Of a stretch of 64,000 nucleotides of DNA, positions 39,103 through 47,997 are shown piece by piece. The DNA comes from Actinomycetota bacterium (GTDB taxonomy: Bacteria > Actinomycetota > Actinomycetes > Nanopelagicales > Nanopelagicaceae), in the NCBI GenBank assembly GCA_947371865.1, contig CANBRH010000002.1, positions 2,594 through 66,593 of the forward strand, written 5' to 3'. Within the stretch, counting starts at the first letter, position 1. The number at the start of each line of letters is the position of its first letter. The notes below the pieces were generated by a model. The model was given only the letters and a program-made list of their open reading frames with translations. It was not told where the DNA came from and ran no database searches. Both the position numbers and the translations under genes were made by a program.

Positions 39103-40323
39103 CTAGACTCGGCCACCAGACGGCATCAAACCTTTAATGCTGTACATATTCGAGTAGAGCAGGCCAGTACGTTTTGAGTTTGCCTCCCACATCATGCCAT
39201 TGCCGGCATAAATAGTGATGTGGTGGATGTTTTGTACCGTTCCGTCATAGGAGTAGAAAAGTAAATCGCCGGGAACGAGATCAGCGAAGGCAATGCGCTT
39301 GGAATCTACGAAGTACAAAGCAGCGTTGAGTCTGGACCAGTTGGGATAACCCAACCCGGCTGCACGATATGCGGCGTAGACCAATCCGGAACAGTCGTAA
39401 GAGTTTGGACCTTGCGCACCCCATACATAGGGCAATCGAGCAAGTACTTGCTTCTTGGCATAGGCGACAGCCTTGGCGCGAATCGCGTCAGTAGAACGAA
39501 TTGAGGTACGTCCTTTAAAGCCTCGGTCAGGCCATACGCTTTTTTGGCCTGAAGTGTTAGCTGCAGTGTTTGCTTTTTGCTCTTCAAGAATTGCCAGCTG
39601 CCGTTGTTGTTCGAGAGTGACCCGAACGCGCTTGGCACTTGCCAATTCCTTCGCCAGCGCATCTTGAATTCCGCTAAGACGAGAAACTTCTTTTGCTTGG
39701 GCAGCTTTTGCATCATCAGCTATCTGTTTAGCAGCTGCTACTTTATTTGTGGCAACAACTTGTGCAGCTTTGGTGCGATCAGCTTCGGCTTGTGCAGCTT
39801 TTGCGGCGGTGGATGCCGCTTGATAGCGCTGTAGTGCAGTGGAGTTATTAGCACCCAGCGAGTTGAGGGTCGAGAGTCGATCCATTAAATCTTGGGGGCC
39901 ATTTGCGTGCAGAACTGAATCAAGATCTGTAAAACCGCCACCCATCATGTAAGCATTGGTTGCAAGTTTTCCGATAGTACGTGTTGCGTCATTGACCGCT
40001 GCTTGGGTTAAGACCGCATGAGCTGCGGCGGCTTTAGCAACAGCTATTGCTTGTGCTAATTCACTCTGGGCTTGGCGATATCGGGAAGTGGCTTGATTTG
40101 CTAAATAGGTCAGTTGATTTAAAGTCTTCGTCGCAGAGTTCAGGCGGGCGGCGGCGGCGGTTGCGGCTTGTTGTTTTGCAACCTCTATCTGCTTTGCAGC
40201 AGCAATTTCAGCCAGGGTTGGTTTACGGGTCTTAGCTTCGGCCATTTGTGGCGTCGAAGCCAGAGCAAAAAGGGCCACTGTGACTGCAGCGAGGAGCGGC
40301 AGCCTGCGGGAACGAGCATGCAT
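39103..40323 (-). CDS. NlpC/P60 (C40) peptidoglycan endopeptidase with coiled-coil N-terminal region
   Basis: Signal peptide RRLPLLAAVTVALFALASTPQMAEA, an Ala/Gln/Lys-rich coiled coil, and the catalytic YVWGAQGPNSYDCSGLVY. Confidence 0.85.
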   Translation of the reverse strand: MHARSRRLPLLAAVTVALFALASTPQMAEAKTRKPTLAEIAAAKQIEVAKQQAATAAAARLNSATKTLNQLTYLANQATSRYRQAQSELAQAIAVAKAAAAHAVLTQAAVNDATRTIGKLATNAYMMGGGFTDLDSVLHANGPQDLMDRLSTLNSLGANNSTALQRYQAASTAAKAAQAEADRTKAAQVVATNKVAAAKQIADDAKAAQAKEVSRLSGIQDALAKELASAKRVRVTLEQQRQLAILEEQKANTAANTSGQKSVWPDRGFKGRTSIRSTDAIRAKAVAYAKKQVLARLPYVWGAQGPNSYDCSGLVYAAYRAAGLGYPNWSRLNAALYFVDSKRIAFADLVPGDLLFYSYDGTVQNIHHITIYAGNGMMWEANSKRTGLLYSNMYSIKGLMPSGGRV

Positions 40324-40403
40324 AAATAGACCCCCTGGGGAAGAAGATGTCCCAAGGGTAAAGGGTTAAAGTGAATATCGGCTGTAAAAAATGGCGAGTG
40401 TCG

Positions 40404-41195
40404 CTAGTTGGATACGTCTCTCTTCTTAAAGAGATAACTCACGACGGCGCCTCCGACTAAAAGATAAGCCCCACCCAAAAGCAGTCCCCTTTGGTAGCTA
40501 ATGTCCACAGATCCGCCCTCAGCGACGTTAGAAATCAAATATCCCGGAAGCCATGGTCCGCTCTTCTTGACCGCTAGTGCCAGCAGATTTTCAACGATTA
40601 AGACCCAAATGACCCCGATCGCAATCGAACTAATGGGCGAACGAAGCGCCAGTCCTAAAATCATTCCAAGTGTGCCAAAGCCCAATGTCGTGATGAGAAC
40701 ATTGAGAAAAGCGTGACCGATTTCGCGATAGCCGGCGCCAGAACTCCAGAGCACTGTCGTGACATGAGCGTGACCAGCGAGTGCATACGATGCAATGACG
40801 CTAATGATGAGTGAAAGCACATCCATAACAATCGCAAAAATGATCATTGAAATGTACTTGCCGCCGAGAATTTTCATGCGAGATGGCTGGCGAACTAACA
40901 AATTGCGCAAAGTTCCGAAGGTGTATTCCTGGGCTGTCTGGGCGGCGAAGATGCACAGCGCCACAATGCCCAACAATGTAGCGGTGCTGGTGAATCCAGT
41001 AACCACACCATTTGGCAATGAGAGCGAAGCAGGTGAGATCATCTGACCGCGCTTACCATTGCCATCTTTAGAGTTAATGAGAAGAAAGAGCAAGGAAGTA
41101 AATAAACCCGAGAGCACTACAGTGATCGCCATAGTTGAAAAAAGCAAAGTTGGGCGACGAAGTTTTCTGGATTCGGCGATGATGACGTGGATCAT
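40404..41195 (-). CDS. ABC-2 type transporter permease
   Basis: 263 aa with six predicted TM helices, lying directly downstream of the ABC ATPase (2-nt gap). Confidence 0.7.
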   Translation of the reverse strand: MIHVIIAESRKLRRPTLLFSTMAITVVLSGLFTSLLFLLINSKDGNGKRGQMISPASLSLPNGVVTGFTSTATLLGIVALCIFAAQTAQEYTFGTLRNLLVRQPSRMKILGGKYISMIIFAIVMDVLSLIISVIASYALAGHAHVTTVLWSSGAGYREIGHAFLNVLITTLGFGTLGMILGLALRSPISSIAIGVIWVLIVENLLALAVKKSGPWLPGYLISNVAEGGSVDISYQRGLLLGGAYLLVGGAVVSYLFKKRDVSN

Positions 41196-41197
41196 GG

Positions 41198-42100
41198 CTA
41201 TTCCCCTGTCATTTCAAAGAAGGTCTCTTCCAAAGTTGGGAAGACGGGCGCAAGCGATGCAAGAGTTACTCCAGCCTCAAAGGCCAAGCGGTTTAGCGAC
41301 GGCGCCCATTCGGGATCGCTGACTATGTGCAGCGCGCCATCTACCAAACTAACTTGATGGCCGCTGGATTTGGCAATTTCGAATAACTTGCCCAGATCAA
41401 CCGCGTATTCCGGTTTAGCGACAAGCAACGGTTGTTGAGCCGCCAATAAATCTTGAGTGCGTCCGGAAAAAATAACTTTTCCTAATCGCAACATCACCAA
41501 GTATTCGCTGATCATTTCTAGTTCGCTGAGTAGATGTGATGAAACAAAAACGGTGGTTCCATCGGATGCAAGATCTTTAATGAGGTTTCGGACTTCTTGT
41601 ATTCCGGAAGGATCCAAGCCATTTGTTGGTTCGTCGAGTACCAATAATTTAGGTTGAGGCAAAAGCGCGGCGGCAATTCCGAGGCGCTGTTTCATGCCCA
41701 AGGAGTAAGTCTTGAATTTTCCGCCGCCGCGATCGCCAAGTCCGACTTGATCTAAAAGCCCTTGCACGCGGCTAGTGGGGAATCCACCAAGGGAAGCCAG
41801 AACATTGAGATTTTCTCGCCCTGAGAGCGCTGGATAGAAAGCAGGCCCTTCGATCATCGCGCCGACTTGTGGCAAGTACTTTTCAGGATGGCTGATGTTG
41901 TGACCGAGAACTGTGCCGGTACCACCGGTAGGAGCAATCAATCCCAAAAGCATTCGAATGGTGGTTGTCTTGCCCGACCCGTTGGGACCAACGAAGCCGC
42001 ACACTGTTCCCATCGGTACTTCGAAGTTGGCGTGGGAGAGCGCTGGGCGATCGCCATAAACCTTCGTAAGATCCGAGACTGAAATTGCCGTTGATTTCAT
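41198..42100 (-). CDS. ABC transporter ATP-binding protein
   Basis: Walker A GPNGSGKTT, signature YSLGMKQRL, and Walker B LLVLDEPTNGLD. Confidence 0.9.
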   Translation of the reverse strand: MKSTAISVSDLTKVYGDRPALSHANFEVPMGTVCGFVGPNGSGKTTTIRMLLGLIAPTGGTGTVLGHNISHPEKYLPQVGAMIEGPAFYPALSGRENLNVLASLGGFPTSRVQGLLDQVGLGDRGGGKFKTYSLGMKQRLGIAAALLPQPKLLVLDEPTNGLDPSGIQEVRNLIKDLASDGTTVFVSSHLLSELEMISEYLVMLRLGKVIFSGRTQDLLAAQQPLLVAKPEYAVDLGKLFEIAKSSGHQVSLVDGALHIVSDPEWAPSLNRLAFEAGVTLASLAPVFPTLEETFFEMTGE

Positions 42101-42106
42101 ACTCAG

Positions 42107-42112
42107 ACAGTA
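42107..42112 (-). promoter_or_regulatory. -10-like box TACTGT before the ABC ATPase gene (leaderless type)
   Basis: TACTGT on the minus strand, 6 nt before ATG 42100. Confidence 0.4.
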
Positions 42113-42117
42113 ACAAG

Positions 42118-42123
42118 TACCCT
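42118..42123 (+). promoter_or_regulatory. -10-like box TACCCT before metZ (leaderless type)
   Basis: TAnnnT hexamer 6 nt before ATG 42130. Confidence 0.4.
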
Positions 42124-42129
42124 AGGCGC

Positions 42130-43359
42130 ATGACACATCGCCATCGCCCTTGGGGATATCAGAGCTCACCCGAAGGGGTTGCCCCCGACTGGGAGCTTCA
42201 TCCCGATACCCAAGCAATTAGAGCTGGCCTGGCTCGTTCTGGATTTGGTGAGACTGGAGAAGCGCTCTACCTCAGTAGTGGTTACACATATGAATCTGCT
42301 GAACAAGCGGTCCATTCCTTCACCGATGAGATTGATCATTTTGTTTATAGTCGTTTCGCTAATCCAACGGTTGCAATGTTTGAACAACGTCTTGCTGCCA
42401 TCGAGGGCGCAGAATTATGCGTCGGTACCGGGTCAGGAATGTCAGCAATGTTTGCTGCCGTTGCGTGCCTGGTCGAAGCCGGCGATCACATCGTCGCATC
42501 GGCGGCAATGTTTAGTTCGTGTTACGTAGTGCTCGCTGAGATTCTTCCCAAATGGGGCATCACCGTTGAATTTATTCGTGGAAACGATCCCGATGTTTGG
42601 GCAAAAGCACTCAGCAAGAAAACTAAAGTTGTTTTTCTAGAAACCCCCAGCAATCCCATGTTAGAAGTTGTCGATATTGCCATGGTCAGCGAACTCGCTC
42701 ACGCAGCCGGAGCAACAGTTGTCGTTGATAACGTGATGGCATCTCCTATCCTGCAAAAGCCACTTCAACTTGGCGCCGATGTTGTTATGTATTCAGCAAC
42801 CAAGCACATCGATGGCCAAGGTCGAGTATTAGGTGGCGCCATCCTAGGCAGCTTCGACTACATCCATGGTTACCTCAATCCATTCGTGCGTCATACCGGT
42901 CCAACTCTCAGCGCTTTTAACGCTTGGGTCCTAGTCAAATCACTCGAAACTCTTTCTATGCGCGTACATCGCATGAATGACAATGCCCAGTTGGTGGCCG
43001 AATTTCTCACGTCTCAAAGCAAGATCAAATCGGTTAATTACCCTGGGCTTCCAACGCATCCAGATTACGAAATTACCAAGCGCCAGATGATCGGCGGTGG
43101 CACCACCATCAGTTTCGAATTCAACGGCGACATGGATGGGCTCTTCGCCGTGATGGACAAGTTAAAAGTCATTGATATCTCCAATAACTTGGGTGATAGC
43201 AAATCTCTTATAACTCACCCCGCTTCAACGACCCATCGTCGCTTAGATCCTGCGGTGCGGGCTGAACTTGGTATTAATGACTCAGTTGTTCGTTTGTCGG
43301 TTGGCCTTGAACACTCCACTGATTTAATTAAAGATTTAGAACAAGCGCTAGCCAACTAA
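42130..43359 (+). CDS. metZ: O-succinylhomoserine sulfhydrylase (PLP-dependent Cys/Met metabolism enzyme)
   Basis: PLP-lysine motif YSATKHIDGQG and a MetZ-like N-terminus (HPDTQAIRAG..GE). I set the start to ATG 42130, because the track ORF start at 42085 overlaps the divergent ABC gene. Confidence 0.82.
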   Translation: MTHRHRPWGYQSSPEGVAPDWELHPDTQAIRAGLARSGFGETGEALYLSSGYTYESAEQAVHSFTDEIDHFVYSRFANPTVAMFEQRLAAIEGAELCVGTGSGMSAMFAAVACLVEAGDHIVASAAMFSSCYVVLAEILPKWGITVEFIRGNDPDVWAKALSKKTKVVFLETPSNPMLEVVDIAMVSELAHAAGATVVVDNVMASPILQKPLQLGADVVMYSATKHIDGQGRVLGGAILGSFDYIHGYLNPFVRHTGPTLSAFNAWVLVKSLETLSMRVHRMNDNAQLVAEFLTSQSKIKSVNYPGLPTHPDYEITKRQMIGGGTTISFEFNGDMDGLFAVMDKLKVIDISNNLGDSKSLITHPASTTHRRLDPAVRAELGINDSVVRLSVGLEHSTDLIKDLEQALAN

Positions 43360-44214
43360 AACGCCTACTACAAGTAGCAATGAATAAATACTGAGGTAGG
43401 TAATAGACCACTGAAAAAGTTTTGCTGCTGATTTGTCTGAATCCGGGCCGTCGATTTTGACGAGTTGGATTCCAAAGCCAAGTGCAAGCGCTATGGAAAT
43501 CACCCAAGTCCACACAGGCATGTGCGCACTCCATAAGACCGCTAGCGAGGTAATAATCATGCCCGTGGTGTGGAACCACATCTGCTTTTGCACAGATTTC
43601 ATGGAAGCAACCACAGGTAACATCGGAATCCCTGCCGCGGCATAGTCATCGCGGTACTTAATAGCCAATGCCCAGAAGTGTGGCGGGGTCCAGAAGAAAA
43701 TGAGGAAGAAAAAGAGCCACGCGGTTAATGAAAGTGAGTTAGTAATCGCAGCCCAACCAATGAGTACTGGCAAACAACCAGCAATACCACCCCAGACAAT
43801 ATTTTGAGAGGTCCGGCGCTTGAGCCCCATCGTGTAACCGAATACATAAAATGCTATCGCTACTGCAGTACAAATAGTGGCAAGAGTTGTGGTCCAGATT
43901 AAAAATATTGCCAGCGAAAGTACCGTGATGATTGCTGCGAAAATGTGCGCAGCACGGATGGAGACTTCATCTTTAACAAGAGGTCGGTTATTGGTTCGGC
44001 CCATAAGTCGATCCGATTCGACTTCAATAATCATGTTGTAGGCATTGGCTGCCCCAGCAGCGAGAGTTCCACCAATAAGAGTGGCAATCGTGACTCCGAT
44101 GGGGGGTACGCCTTTTGCCGCCAGAAAGAGTGCGGGAAGAGTTGTAACAAGAAGGAGTTCAACAACTCGCAACTTCATTAACGCCAAATATGGCGCCATA
44201 ACCCGCTTCATCAC
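43348..44214 (-). CDS. ctaB: protoheme IX farnesyltransferase (heme O synthase)
   Basis: UbiA family with YLALMKLRVVELL at the N-terminus, the NM.IE.E.D..M.RT..RPL motif, and WTPPHFWALA. Confidence 0.9.
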   Translation of the reverse strand: MMKRVMAPYLALMKLRVVELLLVTTLPALFLAAKGVPPIGVTIATLIGGTLAAGAANAYNMIIEVESDRLMGRTNNRPLVKDEVSIRAAHIFAAIITVLSLAIFLIWTTTLATICTAVAIAFYVFGYTMGLKRRTSQNIVWGGIAGCLPVLIGWAAITNSLSLTAWLFFFLIFFWTPPHFWALAIKYRDDYAAAGIPMLPVVASMKSVQKQMWFHTTGMIITSLAVLWSAHMPVWTWVISIALALGFGIQLVKIDGPDSDKSAAKLFQWSITYLSIYSLLLVVGVLVG

Positions 44215-44220
44215 CGCGAC

Positions 44221-44226
44221 AGCGTA
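44221..44226 (-). promoter_or_regulatory. -10-like box TACGCT before ctaB
   Basis: TACGCT on the minus strand, 6 nt before GTG 44214. Confidence 0.33.
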
Positions 44227-44247
44227 CTCGGCAATGGGTGGGCAGGG

Positions 44248-45366
44248 CTAAGCGGCAGTTTTCGGCTTGGCAATGGTGGCGAGCATCTTGTCGATGGTCT
44301 CCCGAGCCAATTGCCTGGAATATTCGGTCTGCTTTACGTGGTCGGCAATCACCGTAAATACGTATTGATTCGCGCCTACGGTTACGTAACCAGCCAGGCT
44401 AACCGTCCCGTTGATCCAGCCAGTCTTTGCCTTTACCAATCCAACCGCGGACGGCGCATCCGTCACGAATCGAGTTTTCAGAGTTCCGGTCTTTCCAGCT
44501 AGTGGCAGACCATCATAAATAACCTGGTATTCGGGGTTCTTCTTAATCGCAATCAGGAGCTCCGCCACAGTTCGGGCAGAGATTCGAGTCTCCTTCGACA
44601 ACCCATTCCCGTCCTTGATTACTAAACCTTTGGTTTCAACGCCAAGGGTTCCGAGGGTTTCTTCAAAGGCAAGTTGTACTCCTTGGACATCTGCCACGTA
44701 GCCCAGTTTGCGCGCAGCCAAGTGAGCCAGACGATCAGCCAAAACGTTATCGCTCCAGAGCAGAGTGAATTTAACAATCTCGCTTAAGGGTGGCGAAGCT
44801 ATTTCAGCGATCTTCTCGGACATCAATGTGTTAGCGACATTATTAGAAGGAAGCGCCACAAAATTCAATTTTAATTTAGGGAAATACTTTTCCAGAATTA
44901 ATAGGTCTTTTCCGTAAACTCCAGAATATTCGATGGTGAAGTTACGAATTCCAGGATGGGCCGCACTGAGAGCGTTGATCAGCTCGGGTGAAAAAGCGCG
45001 ATGATATTTCTTGGCTTCAAAGGGGCTGGCCGTAAGCCAGGGATCGCTCTCGCCCAGTAATAAATAAGTATCGGGCTTAGTGGATTGATAAAGAGAGGTG
45101 TGAAAAACCTTGTCGATACCTAAATTATGAATCGCCGTTGCCATCGAAACTAATTTAAGTACCGAGGCTGGCGCTCGAAGTGCATCCGGTTTGTAAGAAA
45201 AAAGCGTTTGATCTGTTGCTGGGTCGATGACAATTATTCCAGGGTGGGCAAGCAAAGGTGAGTCTGCAAATTTAATAAAGGATGTAGGTAGAGATGATGA
45301 GTTGGCAGGCAGAATCGTAGAGACGCTCAGCGCAATCGCTGTTGCCAGAATTAAAGATCTGCGCAC
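44248..45366 (-). CDS. dacB: D-alanyl-D-alanine carboxypeptidase/endopeptidase (PBP4, S13 family)
   Basis: SxxK motif PASVLKL and KTGT-like AGKTGTL. I set the start to GTG 45366, which gives the signal peptide RRSLILATAIALSVSTILPANS. The longer track ORF overlaps the EamA gene. Confidence 0.8.
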   Translation of the reverse strand: MRRSLILATAIALSVSTILPANSSSLPTSFIKFADSPLLAHPGIIVIDPATDQTLFSYKPDALRAPASVLKLVSMATAIHNLGIDKVFHTSLYQSTKPDTYLLLGESDPWLTASPFEAKKYHRAFSPELINALSAAHPGIRNFTIEYSGVYGKDLLILEKYFPKLKLNFVALPSNNVANTLMSEKIAEIASPPLSEIVKFTLLWSDNVLADRLAHLAARKLGYVADVQGVQLAFEETLGTLGVETKGLVIKDGNGLSKETRISARTVAELLIAIKKNPEYQVIYDGLPLAGKTGTLKTRFVTDAPSAVGLVKAKTGWINGTVSLAGYVTVGANQYVFTVIADHVKQTEYSRQLARETIDKMLATIAKPKTAA

Positions 45367-45368
45367 TT

Positions 45369-46259
45369 TTACAATTTCTCTTTCTTTAGTCGAAGCCTGC
45401 CTTGCGAAGTTGCTGCACCAATTATGACTAAGGCGCCACCCACTGGTTGGTTCCAGGTAATGGACTCGCCCAAGAATATCCAACCTACAAAGACGGCCAC
45501 GACAGGTGTCAAGTAGGTGACAGTACTGGCAATCGAACTTCCCGCCGAAGCAATGATCGAAAAGTTCCAGATGTAGGCAAACCCCGTTCCGAATATTCCG
45601 AGCGCCAACATGGCCAAAATGGGACCAAGGCGATAACTATCCTTTGAGATGCCGTTACATAAATAGAGTGGAAGCAGGGTGATCGCCGCACACGTTATTT
45701 GAGCCGCCGCCAAACTTTCAGAGCGCATCCCCAGCGGAATCACATATTTGCGCGTGAACGGAAAAGAAATTCCGTAACAGCTCACAGCTACAAGTAACGC
45801 GATAATCCCTATCCCAGAATTGTGGCCAATCCCCCGCCAAATCCCCAAGACTGTTACTACCCCGAAGGCACCCAAGGCCAACCCCAGTAGTTGCTCGGCT
45901 TTCGGTTTCTCCTCTCGAAAAGCAATGAGAATCACGATCAACGTCGCCAGCGGAGTGGCGGCATTAATGATGCCGGCCAAAACCGTGGTGACGCGAACTT
46001 CGGCATAAGCAAAGAGAATGCCCGGAAAGACGTTAAGTAACAAGGAAACGATCCAGAGTTTGAACCAGGTGCTGCGTTCACGAGGCAACTGAATTCCCCG
46101 AGACTTCGCAACGATCAAGAGCGTCGCAGCCCCTAACGCTGATCGACCGAAAGCGACGCCAAAGGGGGTGAGAAATTCCAATCCCAATTTAATAAATATG
46201 AATGAGCAACCCCAGACAAAGCCAAGTGCGAGATAAGGAGGAAGCCAAGATTTTCGCAT
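45369..46259 (-). CDS. EamA/DMT family transporter
   Basis: 296 aa with ten TM helices in two EamA repeats. SD GGGAGAG lies upstream. Confidence 0.85.
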   Translation of the reverse strand: MRKSWLPPYLALGFVWGCSFIFIKLGLEFLTPFGVAFGRSALGAATLLIVAKSRGIQLPRERSTWFKLWIVSLLLNVFPGILFAYAEVRVTTVLAGIINAATPLATLIVILIAFREEKPKAEQLLGLALGAFGVVTVLGIWRGIGHNSGIGIIALLVAVSCYGISFPFTRKYVIPLGMRSESLAAAQITCAAITLLPLYLCNGISKDSYRLGPILAMLALGIFGTGFAYIWNFSIIASAGSSIASTVTYLTPVVAVFVGWIFLGESITWNQPVGGALVIIGAATSQGRLRLKKEKL

Positions 46260-46274
46260 CTACTTCTCTCCCTC

Positions 46275-46280
46275 TACAGT
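46275..46280 (+). promoter_or_regulatory. -10-like box TACAGT before trmH-family gene (leaderless type)
   Basis: TAnnnT hexamer 7 nt before ATG 46288. Confidence 0.4.
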
Positions 46281-46287
46281 GGCGCCT

Positions 46288-46962
46288 ATGTCCGAACAAT
46301 CTAGCCAACAACCAGTCGGGAAAGTGGAAATTGGACCTGGTGAATTCTATCCCGTGGTCGGTGTCGGTCCTATGCCGCTTCCGTGGCCAAGTGAGGATTA
46401 CTTTGATCCAGAATTGCTCGAACAAGGCGATCGTCGCAATGTGTTGGACCACTACCGTTATTGGAAAGTTGAAGCGATAGTTGCAGACCTAGACACAAAG
46501 CGCCATCCGCTTCAGATTGCAATTGAAAATTGGCAGCATGACTTAAATATCGGATCCATCGTTCGCACCGCAAACGCTTTCAATGTCAGCGCAGTTCATA
46601 TTGTCGGCAAGCGGGACTGGAATCGTCGCGGCGCAATGGTCACGGATAAATATCTACGAGTTATTCATCACCCAACGATTGCTGATTTCAAAAATTGGTG
46701 TGACGAGAATCAGATACCGATTATTGGTATTGATAACCTGCCGGTATCTACTCAACTTGAATCAGCGACACTTCCGGAAACATGCGTGCTCTTCTTTGGT
46801 CAAGAGGGTGCAGGAATGTCCGATGAAGCGGTATCAATCTGCTCGCAAGTATTAGCGATTCAACAGTATGGATCAACTAGATCAATGAATGCATCTGCCG
46901 CGGGCGCAATAGCAATGTATGCCTGGGCGATGCAGCACCTTAACGTTCGTCGAACAAACTAG
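46288..46962 (+). CDS. TrmH/SpoU family RNA 2'-O-methyltransferase
   Basis: SpoU motifs NIGSIVRTANAF and FFGQEGAGMS. I prefer ATG 46288 because the -10 box TACAGT lies 7 nt upstream. The track start GTG 46279 falls inside that box. Confidence 0.8.
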   Translation: MSEQSSQQPVGKVEIGPGEFYPVVGVGPMPLPWPSEDYFDPELLEQGDRRNVLDHYRYWKVEAIVADLDTKRHPLQIAIENWQHDLNIGSIVRTANAFNVSAVHIVGKRDWNRRGAMVTDKYLRVIHHPTIADFKNWCDENQIPIIGIDNLPVSTQLESATLPETCVLFFGQEGAGMSDEAVSICSQVLAIQQYGSTRSMNASAAGAIAMYAWAMQHLNVRRTN

Positions 46963-47902
46963 GTTCAACCCACTGATCTTCAATAATTTCTGAGACTGCA
47001 AGTAATCGTCGTTCGATCTCAAGTGCATCCTCTTCGCGATCCAATGCACGTAGCGCAGAGGCCATCCGGCGTTCGACTTCAAGAATGAATTCGAAATCGC
47101 GTGGATCTGAATCGGTTGCATCTTCTAGAACGCGTTCTAGAGTAAGTAAACCTAAATCAGCTTGACCGATGAGAATCTGGGCTTTACCTAGTTCGAGTAA
47201 TGAATAAGTTTCGCGGCGATGATCGTGAGCGGTTACGAAAACATCCAGTGACTTTTGAGCCGCAGCCAAAGCTGCATCCCCGTCGCCAATTTCGACAAGG
47301 CAATGTGCAATCTTCTGATCGCACCTGGCAACGTTGATAACTTCCTTGAGATTCTTAAAAAGGGTGCGAGCTTCACGGAAGGCGGCTAGAGCTTCTTCGA
47401 ATTGGCCTAATTCACGACGGGCACAACCAATTAAATGAAGATCATTTGCGGCGCCGCTGTCATTGCCATCTACTAGATGCTCTTGAACGCAATCAGTCAT
47501 GCAGTCAACAGTCTTTTGAAACTCCTTCGAACCAAACCACCATTCACCCAAGGTGCAGGCTAAATCGATCGCCAATGGAGATTTAGATTCGCGAAGAAGT
47601 TCGACGGCCTTACTCATGGCGGTGGCTGCCTCGGGCATGCGTTTCAATTGATTGAGGTTGTACCCGATTGCCGAATATGCCTGGGCTAAGCCATCTGCTG
47701 GAACTACTGGACCAAGTTCGGAGTAAATATCACGAGCGGTTTCGGCAAGCGCCAGAGCTTCGTCATATTGGCCGCGCGCGTAAATGCGAGCGCTAAGTTC
47801 GTAATATGTATTTGCGCGTTCTAGACCTTCGACCTCAGGAATTCGTTCCCACAGCATTTCCTCAGTAACGATCTCGTCTTGATTTTCGTCATCTTCGCTC
47901 AA
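46940..47902 (-). CDS. tetratricopeptide-repeat protein (cytoplasmic, acidic termini)
   Basis: 320 aa with repeated A..A...Y..LG/..EA...F..A helical pairs. The TTG start has a perfect AAGGAG SD 5 nt upstream. Confidence 0.6.
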   Translation of the reverse strand: MSEDDENQDEIVTEEMLWERIPEVEGLERANTYYELSARIYARGQYDEALALAETARDIYSELGPVVPADGLAQAYSAIGYNLNQLKRMPEAATAMSKAVELLRESKSPLAIDLACTLGEWWFGSKEFQKTVDCMTDCVQEHLVDGNDSGAANDLHLIGCARRELGQFEEALAAFREARTLFKNLKEVINVARCDQKIAHCLVEIGDGDAALAAAQKSLDVFVTAHDHRRETYSLLELGKAQILIGQADLGLLTLERVLEDATDSDPRDFEFILEVERRMASALRALDREEDALEIERRLLAVSEIIEDQWVEPSLFDER

Positions 47903-47911
47903 GGTGACTCC

Positions 47912-47926
47912 TTAAGTGCTAGCACT
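47912..47926. promoter_or_regulatory. candidate operator or 5'-UTR hairpin, copy 1: TTAAGTGCTAGCACT (12-bp perfect palindrome AGTGCTAGCACT at 47915-47926)
   Basis: The same string, as its reverse complement, occurs at 57165-57179. The palindrome ends exactly 12 nt before the TTG 47902 start of the TPR gene. Confidence 0.45.
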
Positions 47927-47985
47927 GCGCGTACTGAGAACACTAGCAATAAGGGCGCGATTGGGGCGGCGCCACCCAGCGGAAG

Positions 47986-47991
47986 TATTCT
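47986..47991 (+). promoter_or_regulatory. -10-like box TATTCT before the Tat-deacetylase operon (leaderless type)
   Basis: TAnnnT hexamer 6 nt before GTG 47998. Confidence 0.4.
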
Positions 47992-47997
47992 TAGCCA

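Noticed and set aside
40324-40403. Possible c-di-AMP (ydaO-type) riboswitch upstream of the NlpC/P60 hydrolase.
   Set aside because: The gap is only 80 nt, well short of the >100-nt pseudo-twofold ydaO architecture. I see no matching paired helices, only an SD (AGGGGG) and a short CCCC-A-GGGG run.
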